DNA of 55,551 bases from Acidobacteriota bacterium (GTDB lineage Bacteria > Acidobacteriota > Vicinamibacteria > Vicinamibacterales > JAMQPK01): positions 1 to 55,551 of the forward strand of contig JANNJO010000045.1 of assembly GCA_031395755.1 (NCBI GenBank). The letters are read 5' to 3'. The translations under genes were made by a program, and so were the position numbers. Shown piece by piece: positions 29,671 to 37,797 of the stretch (positions are counted from its first letter, which is position 1; each line of letters opens with the position of its first letter). The notes under the pieces are model-generated. The model was not told the origin of the DNA. It saw only the letters and a program-made list of their open reading frames with translations, and did no database searches.

Positions 29671-30429
29671 TTACCGATCCGGCTGCGGCTGGCGCGGGCG
29701 CATTATCGGTGGCTGCATCGGCGCAGGCGCAGGCGCAGGCGCGGGCGGCGGCGCCAGGCTCGGCTGGGATGTGCCTATCGGTGCATTCCACGGATTCGCT
29801 GGAGTCGCCGTGGTCGCGGCCGGCGAAGGCGCCGGCTGCGGGACGCCCCCAGGCATCATCAGCGGCGTAGACGCAGCCGAGGCACCGGGCATCAGCGCCG
29901 GCATCGCCATCAGGCCTGCCGCCGCGGCCGCCGCAATCGCGGGATCGTCCTGCTGATCGGCGGCCGGATCCGGAAGCTCGGGGAGCATTCCAGGCGGAAC
30001 GCCCCGACGGAGCTGAGTGACGTTGCCGGCCGGACCAGGCAATCCGGTATAGGTAGAACCCGGGGCCCGCAACGCCGCGACGGTCGTTGTAGTCGCCATG
30101 ATCAGGATCGTGTCATACATCGATCCGTTAGCGACAAAGGTTGCGCGCGGCGCGGCGATATAGCCGGGGACATTGCGAAGGATGATGTCGAGGGCCTGCC
30201 GTTCAGGAAGCCCGTCGAACTTGATGGTAATCGGCCCGCCGTCGAGTCGCTCGACGTTGACGATGCGGGTCTTGCCGACGCGCGACCACTCGGCCAGGAT
30301 TTGGCGGATCGTCACGTCCTGTGCGTCGATCGAGATCCTGCCGTCCTGCATGGACAGCTGCAGGCCTCCCGCTCGGCACGGGGACGCGGAGCATGCCAGC
30401 AGGAGAAACCCGAAAAACAGCTTTTTCAT
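29671..30429 (-). CDS. Exported protein with secretin-N/STN-like domain and Pro/Ala-rich tail
   Basis: Signal peptide; IDAQDVTIRQILAEW...ITIKFDGLPERQALDIIL; PAPAPAPAP tail. Confidence 0.65.
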   Translation of the reverse strand: MKKLFFGFLLLACSASPCRAGGLQLSMQDGRISIDAQDVTIRQILAEWSRVGKTRIVNVERLDGGPITIKFDGLPERQALDIILRNVPGYIAAPRATFVANGSMYDTILIMATTTTVAALRAPGSTYTGLPGPAGNVTQLRRGVPPGMLPELPDPAADQQDDPAIAAAAAAGLMAMPALMPGASAASTPLMMPGGVPQPAPSPAATTATPANPWNAPIGTSQPSLAPPPAPAPAPAPMQPPIMRPRQPQPDR

Positions 30430-30455
30430 CGGTTGGGGCCAGTCCTGATTATAGG

Positions 30456-31424
30456 TCAGGACTCGTGGTTGCGGAAATATTCGATGACTTTACTGATGAT
30501 TTCGTCGAGCTGCACTTTCGGCTCGTAGCCGACCAGTCTGTGGACCTTACCGAGGTCCGGCACGCGCCGCGGCATGTCCTCGAAGCCCGCCTCATACGCC
30601 TTGTCGTAGGGCACGAACACGATCGGCGAGGAGCTGCCGGTCGCTGCCTTGACCATTTCGGCGAGCTTGAGGATCGTGACCTCCTGCTTGTTCCCGATAT
30701 TGAAGACTTCGCCGATCGCCCTGGGCTCCTTCACGAGCTTCAACAGGCACCCGACCACGTCGCCGATATACGTGAAGCTTCGCGACTGCGTGCCGTCGCC
30801 GAAGACGGTGATCGGCTCGTTCGCCAGGGCCTGACGGACGAAGGAGGGGAGCACCATTCCATACTGGCCGGTCTGCCGCGGCCCGACGGTGTTGAAGAAG
30901 CGCACGATGATGACGGGAAGGTCTCTCTCTTTGTAGTACGCGAGCGCAAGGAACTCGTCGATCGCCTTGCTGCATGCGTAGGCCCACCGGTGCTTCACCG
31001 TGGCGCCCATCACGAGGTCGGCGTCTTCGCGAAACGGGACGTCGATGCTTTTTCCGTACACCTCCGATGTCCAGGCGAGGAGGACCTGTTTCTCTTTCTT
31101 GTTCGCGTGCTACAGCACCACTTCGGTGCCGTGCACGTTGGTTTCGATCGTGTGCACCGGCTGCTCGACGATCAGCTTCACGCCGACCGCCGCGGCGAAG
31201 TGGAAGATGACGTCGTTGCGATCGATCAGCTCGGCGAGCAGCGGCTCGTTGGTGAGGGTATCGATGACGTACGTGAACTTGGGGTGGGATTTCAGATGTC
31301 CCACGTTGCGAATCGATCCGGTCGACAGGTTGTCGATGATGTCGACTTCGTGCCCCTCATTCAGCAGAGTCTCCGCCAGATGCGATCCGATGAAGCCTGC
31401 CCCCCCGGTGACGAGAGCTCTCAC
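30456..31424 (-). pseudogene. NAD-dependent epimerase/dehydratase with in-frame TAG (pseudogene or sequence error)
   Basis: TGGAGFIG, FAAAVGV, YACSK, RFFNTVGPRQ; the two ORFs are in one frame, split by TAG at 31110-31112. Confidence 0.85.
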
Positions 31425-32515
31425 GTGTTGTCCTCTCGCAGGGCATCGACGACCGCGCGGACGGACTCCAGGGCCAGTCCGGGATAGAGCGGCAGAGACA
31501 GGACCTCGTCCGCGGCGCGAATCGCGTTTGGACAGTCGGCTGGGTCGGTCGAAGCGAATGCTGGTTGCTGAGATATGGCCACTGGATAATGTATGAGTGT
31601 TTCGATGCCCGCGTCTCGCAGGCGAGACTGCAACGCTGCCCGCCGGGGCGATCTGACCGGAAACAGATGATACACGTGCCCGGCATCCATCTCCATCGGT
31701 ACCTTCACCGGCCCGCCCTCGAGCCCGGCGCGATACTCGGCCGCAAGGGCCCGTCTTTGCGCGGTTCTCCCGCGCAGCCAGGGTAGACGCGCACGCAGAA
31801 TCGCCGCCTGCATTTCATCGAGCCGGCTGTTCACCCCGGCATCGACATGGTGATAACGATCGGCCTGACCGCCGTTCCTCAAACGCGCGAGGCGATCGGC
31901 CAGCGCAGCGTCGCGGGTAATGACGGCACCGCCATCCCCGAGCGCGCCGAGATTTTTCGTCGGATAAAAGCTGAACGCGCCGGCGGCGCCGAACGTGCCC
32001 ACCGGCTGCCCCGCGCACGTCGCCAGATGCGCCTGGCAGCAGTCCTCGATCAGGGCGAGCCCCTTGCGGCTCGCAAGGGCGGCGAGCGCGCGCATGTCCG
32101 CCGGCTGGCCGTAGAGATGAACCGGCAGCAGCGCCGCGGTTCGCGAGGTCACGGCGCGCTCCGCCGCGCCCGGATCGATCGTCATCCGCTCCGGATCGAT
32201 GTCGGCAAAAACGGGGCGCGCGCCTGTCATGAGCACGGCGAGCGCGGTATAGGCCGCAGAAAACGGCGTCGTGATCACTTCGTCGCCCGGCCCGATTCCG
32301 AGCGCCCGGAGAACCAGCGCGATCGCGTCCGTTCCGTTCCCGGTGCCGACGGCGCGCGATGCGCCCGAAGCCTCGGCGAACTCCCGTTCGAAGGCCTCGA
32401 CTTCGGCCCCGAGCACGAACCAGCCGCTGCCGATCACCCGGTCGATGGCGGCGCGCACCGCCGCTGATTCGTCGGCGACGTGGAGATCCATGAACGGGAT
32501 ACGGAGTCCGCTCAT
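31421..32515 (-). CDS. DegT/DnrJ/EryC1/StrS aminotransferase
   Basis: NGTDA, PVHLYGQ, EDCCQAH, SFYPTKNLGALGDGG, NSRLDE; ATG 32515. Confidence 0.93.
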   Translation of the reverse strand: MSGLRIPFMDLHVADESAAVRAAIDRVIGSGWFVLGAEVEAFEREFAEASGASRAVGTGNGTDAIALVLRALGIGPGDEVITTPFSAAYTALAVLMTGARPVFADIDPERMTIDPGAAERAVTSRTAALLPVHLYGQPADMRALAALASRKGLALIEDCCQAHLATCAGQPVGTFGAAGAFSFYPTKNLGALGDGGAVITRDAALADRLARLRNGGQADRYHHVDAGVNSRLDEMQAAILRARLPWLRGRTAQRRALAAEYRAGLEGGPVKVPMEMDAGHVYHLFPVRSPRRAALQSRLRDAGIETLIHYPVAISQQPAFASTDPADCPNAIRAADEVLSLPLYPGLALESVRAVVDALREDNT

Positions 32516-33543
32516 GCGACGCTTGATGGGGTGGCTGTGGGGTCGTCCAGATACTCGCGCGCGTGCGCCCGGTAGTATGCCAGCGTCTGTGCGAACCCGT
32601 CCTTCAGCGGGACCCGCGGCACCCAGCCGACCGCGTGCCGGAAGCGGCTCGAGTCGGCGTAGAAGCTGCCGATGTCGATGGCTTTTCTCTCCGGCGGCCA
32701 CGGAACGTAGCGCATGGTGCCTGCGCCGGCCACCTCAATCAGCAGCGACACCAGATCGCGATGGGACATGGGTTCCAGGCCGCCGACGTTGAACACGTGT
32801 CCGTTGCACGCATCAGAAGCGCCCGCCCTCAGAAACGCGTCCGCCGCATCATCGACGTAAACGAAGTCGCGCATTTGTGACCCGTCGCCGAAGATCTGAA
32901 TCTCGCGCCCTTCGAGCGCAAGACGGATGAACCAGCCGATGAAGCCCTGGCGGTTATGCTTGATCAGCTGGCGAGGGCCGTAGACGTTCGTGAGCCGCAG
33001 CGAGCAGGCCCGGACGTTGAAAACGTTGTTGTAGAGGACGTGGTAATTTTCCCCCGCCGCCTTGTTCACGCCGTTGACGTCGATTGGCCTCACCAGATGG
33101 TCCTCCGTGACCGGCAGAGAGTCCGGCTTGCCGTAGACCTGACGCGTACCCGCGAAGACCACTTTCACGGCCGGATTGAACTTGCGGCAGGCCTCAAGAA
33201 TGGACAACTGGCTGCGGCAGTTGATCTCGAGATCCGTATGCGGGTCCCTCATGCTGTCGATGTGGCTCACCTGGCCGGCGAGGTTGAAGATGACTTCGCG
33301 GTCGCGCACGAGGTGGTTCATCGTGCTCTCCTGCCGGACGTCGGCGATGTTCACCGTGAGGCGATCGGCGAAGCCGTCGAGGTTGAAGAAGTTGGCCCCG
33401 GAGCCCGGAATGAGCGAATCCATCAGCAGGACATCGGCGCCGAGCTCCACGAGGCGCCGGGCGATATTGCTGCCGATGAATCCGAGGCCCCCGGTGATCA
33501 TCACGCGGCGGCCGCGATAGAAATCGAGATGCGGCTCCGTCAC
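32512..33543 (-). CDS. NAD-dependent epimerase/dehydratase
   Basis: TGGLGFIGS, NLAGQVSH, RLTNVYGPRQ, RDFVYVDD. Confidence 0.92.
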   Translation of the reverse strand: MTEPHLDFYRGRRVMITGGLGFIGSNIARRLVELGADVLLMDSLIPGSGANFFNLDGFADRLTVNIADVRQESTMNHLVRDREVIFNLAGQVSHIDSMRDPHTDLEINCRSQLSILEACRKFNPAVKVVFAGTRQVYGKPDSLPVTEDHLVRPIDVNGVNKAAGENYHVLYNNVFNVRACSLRLTNVYGPRQLIKHNRQGFIGWFIRLALEGREIQIFGDGSQMRDFVYVDDAADAFLRAGASDACNGHVFNVGGLEPMSHRDLVSLLIEVAGAGTMRYVPWPPERKAIDIGSFYADSSRFRHAVGWVPRVPLKDGFAQTLAYYRAHAREYLDDPTATPSSVA

Positions 33544-34304
33544 AGCGGGCGCGTCCCCTCCCGGACCGGGTCGGCGCCATCGACCTCAGCGAGATGCGAG
33601 CGCCGCACGACGAGCGCGAACCAGAGCTTCAGCACGTCGACGCCCGTGCGATAGACGCGCGGGAAATTGAAGAACTGCGATCGCCCGTAGGCGCGGTGGT
33701 AGTGGTGGACCGGCACCTCGACAATCCTGAAGCCGGCATCCTGGATTTTCTTCATCATCTCCAGGCAGATGACGCCGCTGTTCTTCTCGAGTCGAACGCG
33801 ATCGAAAATCGATCGGCGCAGCATGCGGAAATCGCAATCGACGTCGCGGACCCTCAGGCCGAACATCTGCTTGACGACGTGATGGTAGACACGTCCGATC
33901 ACGATACGGTGCCATGGATCGGAGCGGCTGAGTTTGTAGCCGTTCACCAGGTCGACCCCCGGATTCATTTCCTGCCAGAGCAGCCCCATTTCCGACGGGT
34001 CGTACTGCGCGTCGCCATCGGTGTAGAAAATGATGTCCTTCGACGCCGCCGCGAACCCGCTGCGAAGCGCGCCGCCATACCCGCGATTCGCCTCATGCGT
34101 GACGATGCGCAGGCGGGGGTACACGCGCGCCAGCTCGTCGAGAATCTGTGCCGTTCCATCGGAGCTTCCGTCGTTCACGACGATGACCTCGTGGTTCTCC
34201 GTCAGCGTTGACGCGCTGTGAAGCGCGGTGATCACGAGGCTCGCGATCGTCCCGCTGTCGTTGTAGGCGGGAAAAAAGACGCTGAGGCTCGGGGCAGGGT
34301 TCAT
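33540..34304 (-). CDS. Glycosyltransferase family 2 (DPM1-like)
   Basis: PAYND, NDGSSD, NRGYG, TDGDAQ, RDVDCDF; ATG 34304. Confidence 0.92.
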   Translation of the reverse strand: MNPAPSLSVFFPAYNDSGTIASLVITALHSASTLTENHEVIVVNDGSSDGTAQILDELARVYPRLRIVTHEANRGYGGALRSGFAAASKDIIFYTDGDAQYDPSEMGLLWQEMNPGVDLVNGYKLSRSDPWHRIVIGRVYHHVVKQMFGLRVRDVDCDFRMLRRSIFDRVRLEKNSGVICLEMMKKIQDAGFRIVEVPVHHYHRAYGRSQFFNFPRVYRTGVDVLKLWFALVVRRSHLAEVDGADPVREGTRPL

Positions 34305-35011
34305 GGCGTATGGTAACGCTTCAGGCGCAGTCGCCAGGGAACGATCGCCGACTCCAGCAGCACGCTCGACGAAATCTTCGACGCGCCTTCTCGCCGCTCG
34401 ACGAAGATGATCGGCACCTCGCATATGCGGCAGCCCAGTTGCCTGGCCAGATGCAGCTGCTCGACGAGGAACGCGTACCCATCGGAGATGAGCCCGTCGA
34501 GCGGGATCCGGCTCAGCGCCTCACGCCTCCAGCAGCGATAGCCCGTCGTGCAGTCGTGTGCCTCCAGGCCCGTGACGGCTCTGATGTAGCGGTTCGCAAA
34601 GCTGCTGAGCATGAGGCGATGCAGCGGCCAGTTCACCACGCTGATGCCGTTCAGGTACCGGGAGCCGAGCACCAGATCGGCCCGGTCCGTGGCGGCCGCC
34701 ATGGCGGGCAGATATGTCGGATCGTGAGAGAAGTCGGCATCCATCTGAAAAATCAGATCCGCTTCGTCCTCGAGCGCGCGTTTCAATCCCGCAACGAGCG
34801 ATCGCCCCAGGCCGCGCGCTCCTGTCCGGTGAATCACCGCCACACGCCCCGACGAGGTCGCGGCGAGCTGGTCTGCGATCGCGCCCGTTCCATCCGGGGA
34901 ATCATCGTCCACGACAATCACGCGATAGCCGGGGCGTTCGATGACTTGCGCAACCAGGCCGGCTAGATTCTCGCGCTCGTTGTAGGTAGCGATGACGACG
35001 GCCGCATTCAT
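34301..35011 (-). CDS. Polyprenol-phosphate-mannose synthase-like GT2
   Basis: TYNEREN, DDDSPDGT, MDADFSH, GSRY, FVERREGASK. Confidence 0.92.
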   Translation of the reverse strand: MNAAVVIATYNERENLAGLVAQVIERPGYRVIVVDDDSPDGTGAIADQLAATSSGRVAVIHRTGARGLGRSLVAGLKRALEDEADLIFQMDADFSHDPTYLPAMAAATDRADLVLGSRYLNGISVVNWPLHRLMLSSFANRYIRAVTGLEAHDCTTGYRCWRREALSRIPLDGLISDGYAFLVEQLHLARQLGCRICEVPIIFVERREGASKISSSVLLESAIVPWRLRLKRYHTP

Positions 35012-35868
35012 CGTGGTCCTTCCGAGCGCATGGTGGAAATCTGCTCGGAGACGAGTCCGACGAGGAAGATGACGACGGCCAGCAGGATCAAGAGCACTGA
35101 AGAGTTGGTGATGTGGTGCTGGGTGACCGCGGTCCAGACGGCGTACGCGGCGCCGAGCACGAAGGCGGCGCCCGCGATCGGCAGAAAGATGCGCAGTGGG
35201 CTGAACACGGTCACAACTTTCAGCAGAATCAGAAAAAACTTCGCGCCGTCGGAGACGAACCTGATCTTCGATCGACCGAGCCGTGGCGCTACGGCGATCG
35301 GCTCGAACCGCACGCTGTAGCCCGCCTTGATGAACGACAGCGTCGTCGTGGTCGGCGTCGAAAACCCGTTTGGCAGGAGATGAAGGAACTCGCGTAAACC
35401 GCTGGTACGCGCCGCGCGAAGTCCCGAGGTGAGGTCGGGGATCGGCCGCCCCGTGAGGTAGCTCGCGATCCAGTTCAGCACGTTGTTGCCGACATGGCGC
35501 GCGGCCGACGCCTGCCCGGTTCCCGCGCGCGCGCCGACGACGAGGTCGTATTCGCCCAGGAACCCCACGAGACGCATCGCATCGGCGGCGGAATGCTGGC
35601 CGTCAGCGTCGATGATCAGGACGTATTCGCCCGACGCGTGGCGGATGCCGGTTTTCACCGCCGCGCCGTTGCCTTTGTTGTAAGGATGCGTGATGACGTG
35701 CGCCCCGGCTGTCGCCGCAACAATCGCCGTCTCATCCACGGACCCGTCGTCCACGACGAGGACCTCGCGCCAGCTGCCTGCGGAGCGCAGGGCCTGCACC
35801 ACGACGCCGATCGTGCTCGCCTCGTCGAAGGCAGGAATGACGACGCTCACGGTCGATGGATCAGCCAC
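35008..35868 (-). CDS. Glycosyltransferase family 2 with two C-terminal TM helices (ArnC/GtrB-like architecture)
   Basis: PAFDE, DDGS, NKGNG, DADGQH, DLTSG; C-terminal hydrophobic hairpin. Confidence 0.9.
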   Translation of the reverse strand: MADPSTVSVVIPAFDEASTIGVVVQALRSAGSWREVLVVDDGSVDETAIVAATAGAHVITHPYNKGNGAAVKTGIRHASGEYVLIIDADGQHSAADAMRLVGFLGEYDLVVGARAGTGQASAARHVGNNVLNWIASYLTGRPIPDLTSGLRAARTSGLREFLHLLPNGFSTPTTTTLSFIKAGYSVRFEPIAVAPRLGRSKIRFVSDGAKFFLILLKVVTVFSPLRIFLPIAGAAFVLGAAYAVWTAVTQHHITNSSVLLILLAVVIFLVGLVSEQISTMRSEGPR

Positions 35869-35943
35869 GAGTGCAAAATCGTATCATGGCGTGATACGGG
35901 GCGAAAGTTTAGCGTAACTCTTTAACCCTCTACGATTTACCCG

Positions 35944-36002
35944 TTGACATACCCCCTGCCGTCCCCTACTATCGCCATGGACTTTTTTGGAGAGAAATGG
36001 AG
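35944..36002 (+). promoter_or_regulatory. dcw sigma70 promoter with MraZ direct-repeat boxes
   Basis: TTGACA 35944 - 17 bp - TACTAT 35967; TGGAC/TGGAG/TGGAG at 35978, 35988, 35998 (10-bp period). Confidence 0.85.
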
Positions 36003-36011
36003 TAGCCGAGC

Positions 36012-36452
36012 GTGCTTCGGGGCAACTCGCCGGCGAAAATTGACGACAGGGGGAGACTGAAAATCCCCAACGGTTTCCGCTCGTTCATCGAGGATGAACA
36101 CGGGCGCGAACTGTTCGTTACCAGTCTGCACGGCGACTCGGTGCGCGTCTACCCCATGGCGGTGTGGACCGGAATCGAAAAGAAGCTGTCACAGATTCCC
36201 TCGACTCATCCATCCCGTTTGAAGTTCCTGGACCGGGTGAATTTCTACGGCCAGGTCTCTGAAATCGACAGCCAGGGCCGCGTGGTGATTCCCGCGCGTC
36301 TGCGCGAGTCGGCCACGATGGTCGGCGAAGTCGATGTGTTTGGCCAGTACAACTATCTCGAAGTGTGGAACCACGAACGGTTCATCGCCAAGTTGCAGCG
36401 CGAGCCGTTTACCGATGATGACGCCCGGGCGCTGTCCGACCTGGGCCTCTGA
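36012..36452 (+). CDS. mraZ: Transcriptional repressor MraZ
   Basis: IDDRGRLKIP and IDSQGRVVIP repeats; first gene of the dcw cluster. Confidence 0.96.
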   Translation: MLRGNSPAKIDDRGRLKIPNGFRSFIEDEHGRELFVTSLHGDSVRVYPMAVWTGIEKKLSQIPSTHPSRLKFLDRVNFYGQVSEIDSQGRVVIPARLRESATMVGEVDVFGQYNYLEVWNHERFIAKLQREPFTDDDARALSDLGL

Positions 36453-36463
36453 GGCGCAGACCA

Positions 36464-37372
36464 ATGCCCTTGCACGAGCCGGTCATGACGCGCGAGGTAT
36501 TGGCGTTCCTCCAGCCCGATCGAGGCGGGGTGTTCGTCGACTGCACGGTGGGGATGGGCGGCCACGCCCTCGCCATGCTGAAGGCCGGAGCCACTCGGGT
36601 GATCGGGCTCGACCGCGACCCGGCCGCGCTGGCCATCGCGGCAGACAACCTGGCCGCATATCGCGATCGGGTGGAGCTCGTGCATTCGGATTATCGGGCC
36701 ATCGAGTCGGTGCTTGATGCGCGAGGAATCGAGCGCATCGACGGCGCCCTCGCCGACATGGGCATGTCGTCCTACCAGCTCGACGCCGAAGGGCGGGGGT
36801 TCAGCTTTCAGCGCGAGGACCCGCTCGACATGCGCATGGACACGACGAGCGGCCCGACGGCGGCCGATCTGTTGAGGGACGCGCCGGAGTCGGAGATCGC
36901 CGACGCCATTTACCAATTTGGCGAGGAGCGCTTCTCCCGGCGCATCGCGCGCTCGATCGTGATGACGCGCGAGACGGCCCCGCTCAAGACGACCGGACAG
37001 CTGGCTGCGATCGTGAGGAGAGCGGTTCCTCGTCGCGGGTTCACGCGGATTGACCCGGCGACACGCACGTTTCAGGCGCTTCGCATCTGGGTGAATCGCG
37101 AGCTCGAGAAGGTCGACGACTTTCTGGAGGCGGTGACCCGGCGTCTGAAGACGGGTGGGCGTCTCGTCATGATCACGTTCCACTCGCTCGAGGATCGCAT
37201 CGTGAAGCACACGTTGAGGGCGCTCGCACAGCGGGAAGCCGCCCGCAGCCGCGTGCTGACGAAGAAGCCGATCACCCCCCAGCCCGACGAGCTCGACAGG
37301 AATCCCCGCGCCCGCAGCGCGAAGCTTCGCGCGGCCGAGTGCACAAGGCAGAAGGCAGAGGGCGAAACGTGA
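36464..37372 (+). CDS. rsmH: 16S rRNA C1402 methyltransferase
   Basis: DCTVGMGGH, RGFSF, PLDMRMD, TRTFQALRI, FHSLEDR, NPRARSAKLR. Confidence 0.97.
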   Translation: MPLHEPVMTREVLAFLQPDRGGVFVDCTVGMGGHALAMLKAGATRVIGLDRDPAALAIAADNLAAYRDRVELVHSDYRAIESVLDARGIERIDGALADMGMSSYQLDAEGRGFSFQREDPLDMRMDTTSGPTAADLLRDAPESEIADAIYQFGEERFSRRIARSIVMTRETAPLKTTGQLAAIVRRAVPRRGFTRIDPATRTFQALRIWVNRELEKVDDFLEAVTRRLKTGGRLVMITFHSLEDRIVKHTLRALAQREAARSRVLTKKPITPQPDELDRNPRARSAKLRAAECTRQKAEGET

Positions 37373-37797
37373 GCTCTCCCGAAGCGTTCGAATACGCGAT
37401 CAAGAAAGACGTTCGGAACAACCCGATCGTCCGCGAGGTCGACGAGCGCCGGCTGCGTGAACAGTGGCGATCGGTCGCGATTGGCGTCCTGTTCGTCGGC
37501 GTCCTGTTGTTCTCGGGCTGGCAGCGCGTCGAACTGCTTCAGCACGGGTATCGCGTGGAGCAGATGCAGAACGACCGCGGCCACGAGGAAGAGATCAACA
37601 GGCATCTGCGCCTTGAGATCGAAACTCTGAGATCGCCACAGCGTATCGAAACGCTGGCGATCGAACGCCTCCATCTGGTGGCGCCGGAGACAGGCGCTGC
37701 GACCATCATCGAGCGCGTCGTGCCTCCGGATCCCCCGGATGCCTCCGTGGTCGCAACGGTGCAGGAGAAAGCGCGTGAGCGAGCCGATCCCAGATAA
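37369..37797 (+). CDS. ftsL: Cell division protein FtsL
   Basis: Single TM plus coiled coil, LRSPQRIE; between rsmH and ftsI; GTG overlaps the rsmH stop. Confidence 0.88.
   Translation: MSSPEAFEYAIKKDVRNNPIVREVDERRLREQWRSVAIGVLFVGVLLFSGWQRVELLQHGYRVEQMQNDRGHEEEINRHLRLEIETLRSPQRIETLAIERLHLVAPETGAATIIERVVPPDPPDASVVATVQEKARERADPR

Noticed and set aside
29721-29746. GCGCAG hexamer repeat as a phase-variation tract
   Set aside because: In-frame; simply encodes a Pro-Ala linker
31110-31112. Amber readthrough or pyrrolysine recoding
   Set aside because: Several genes here end in TAG, no pyl genes are seen, and neighbouring anomalies point to error or decay
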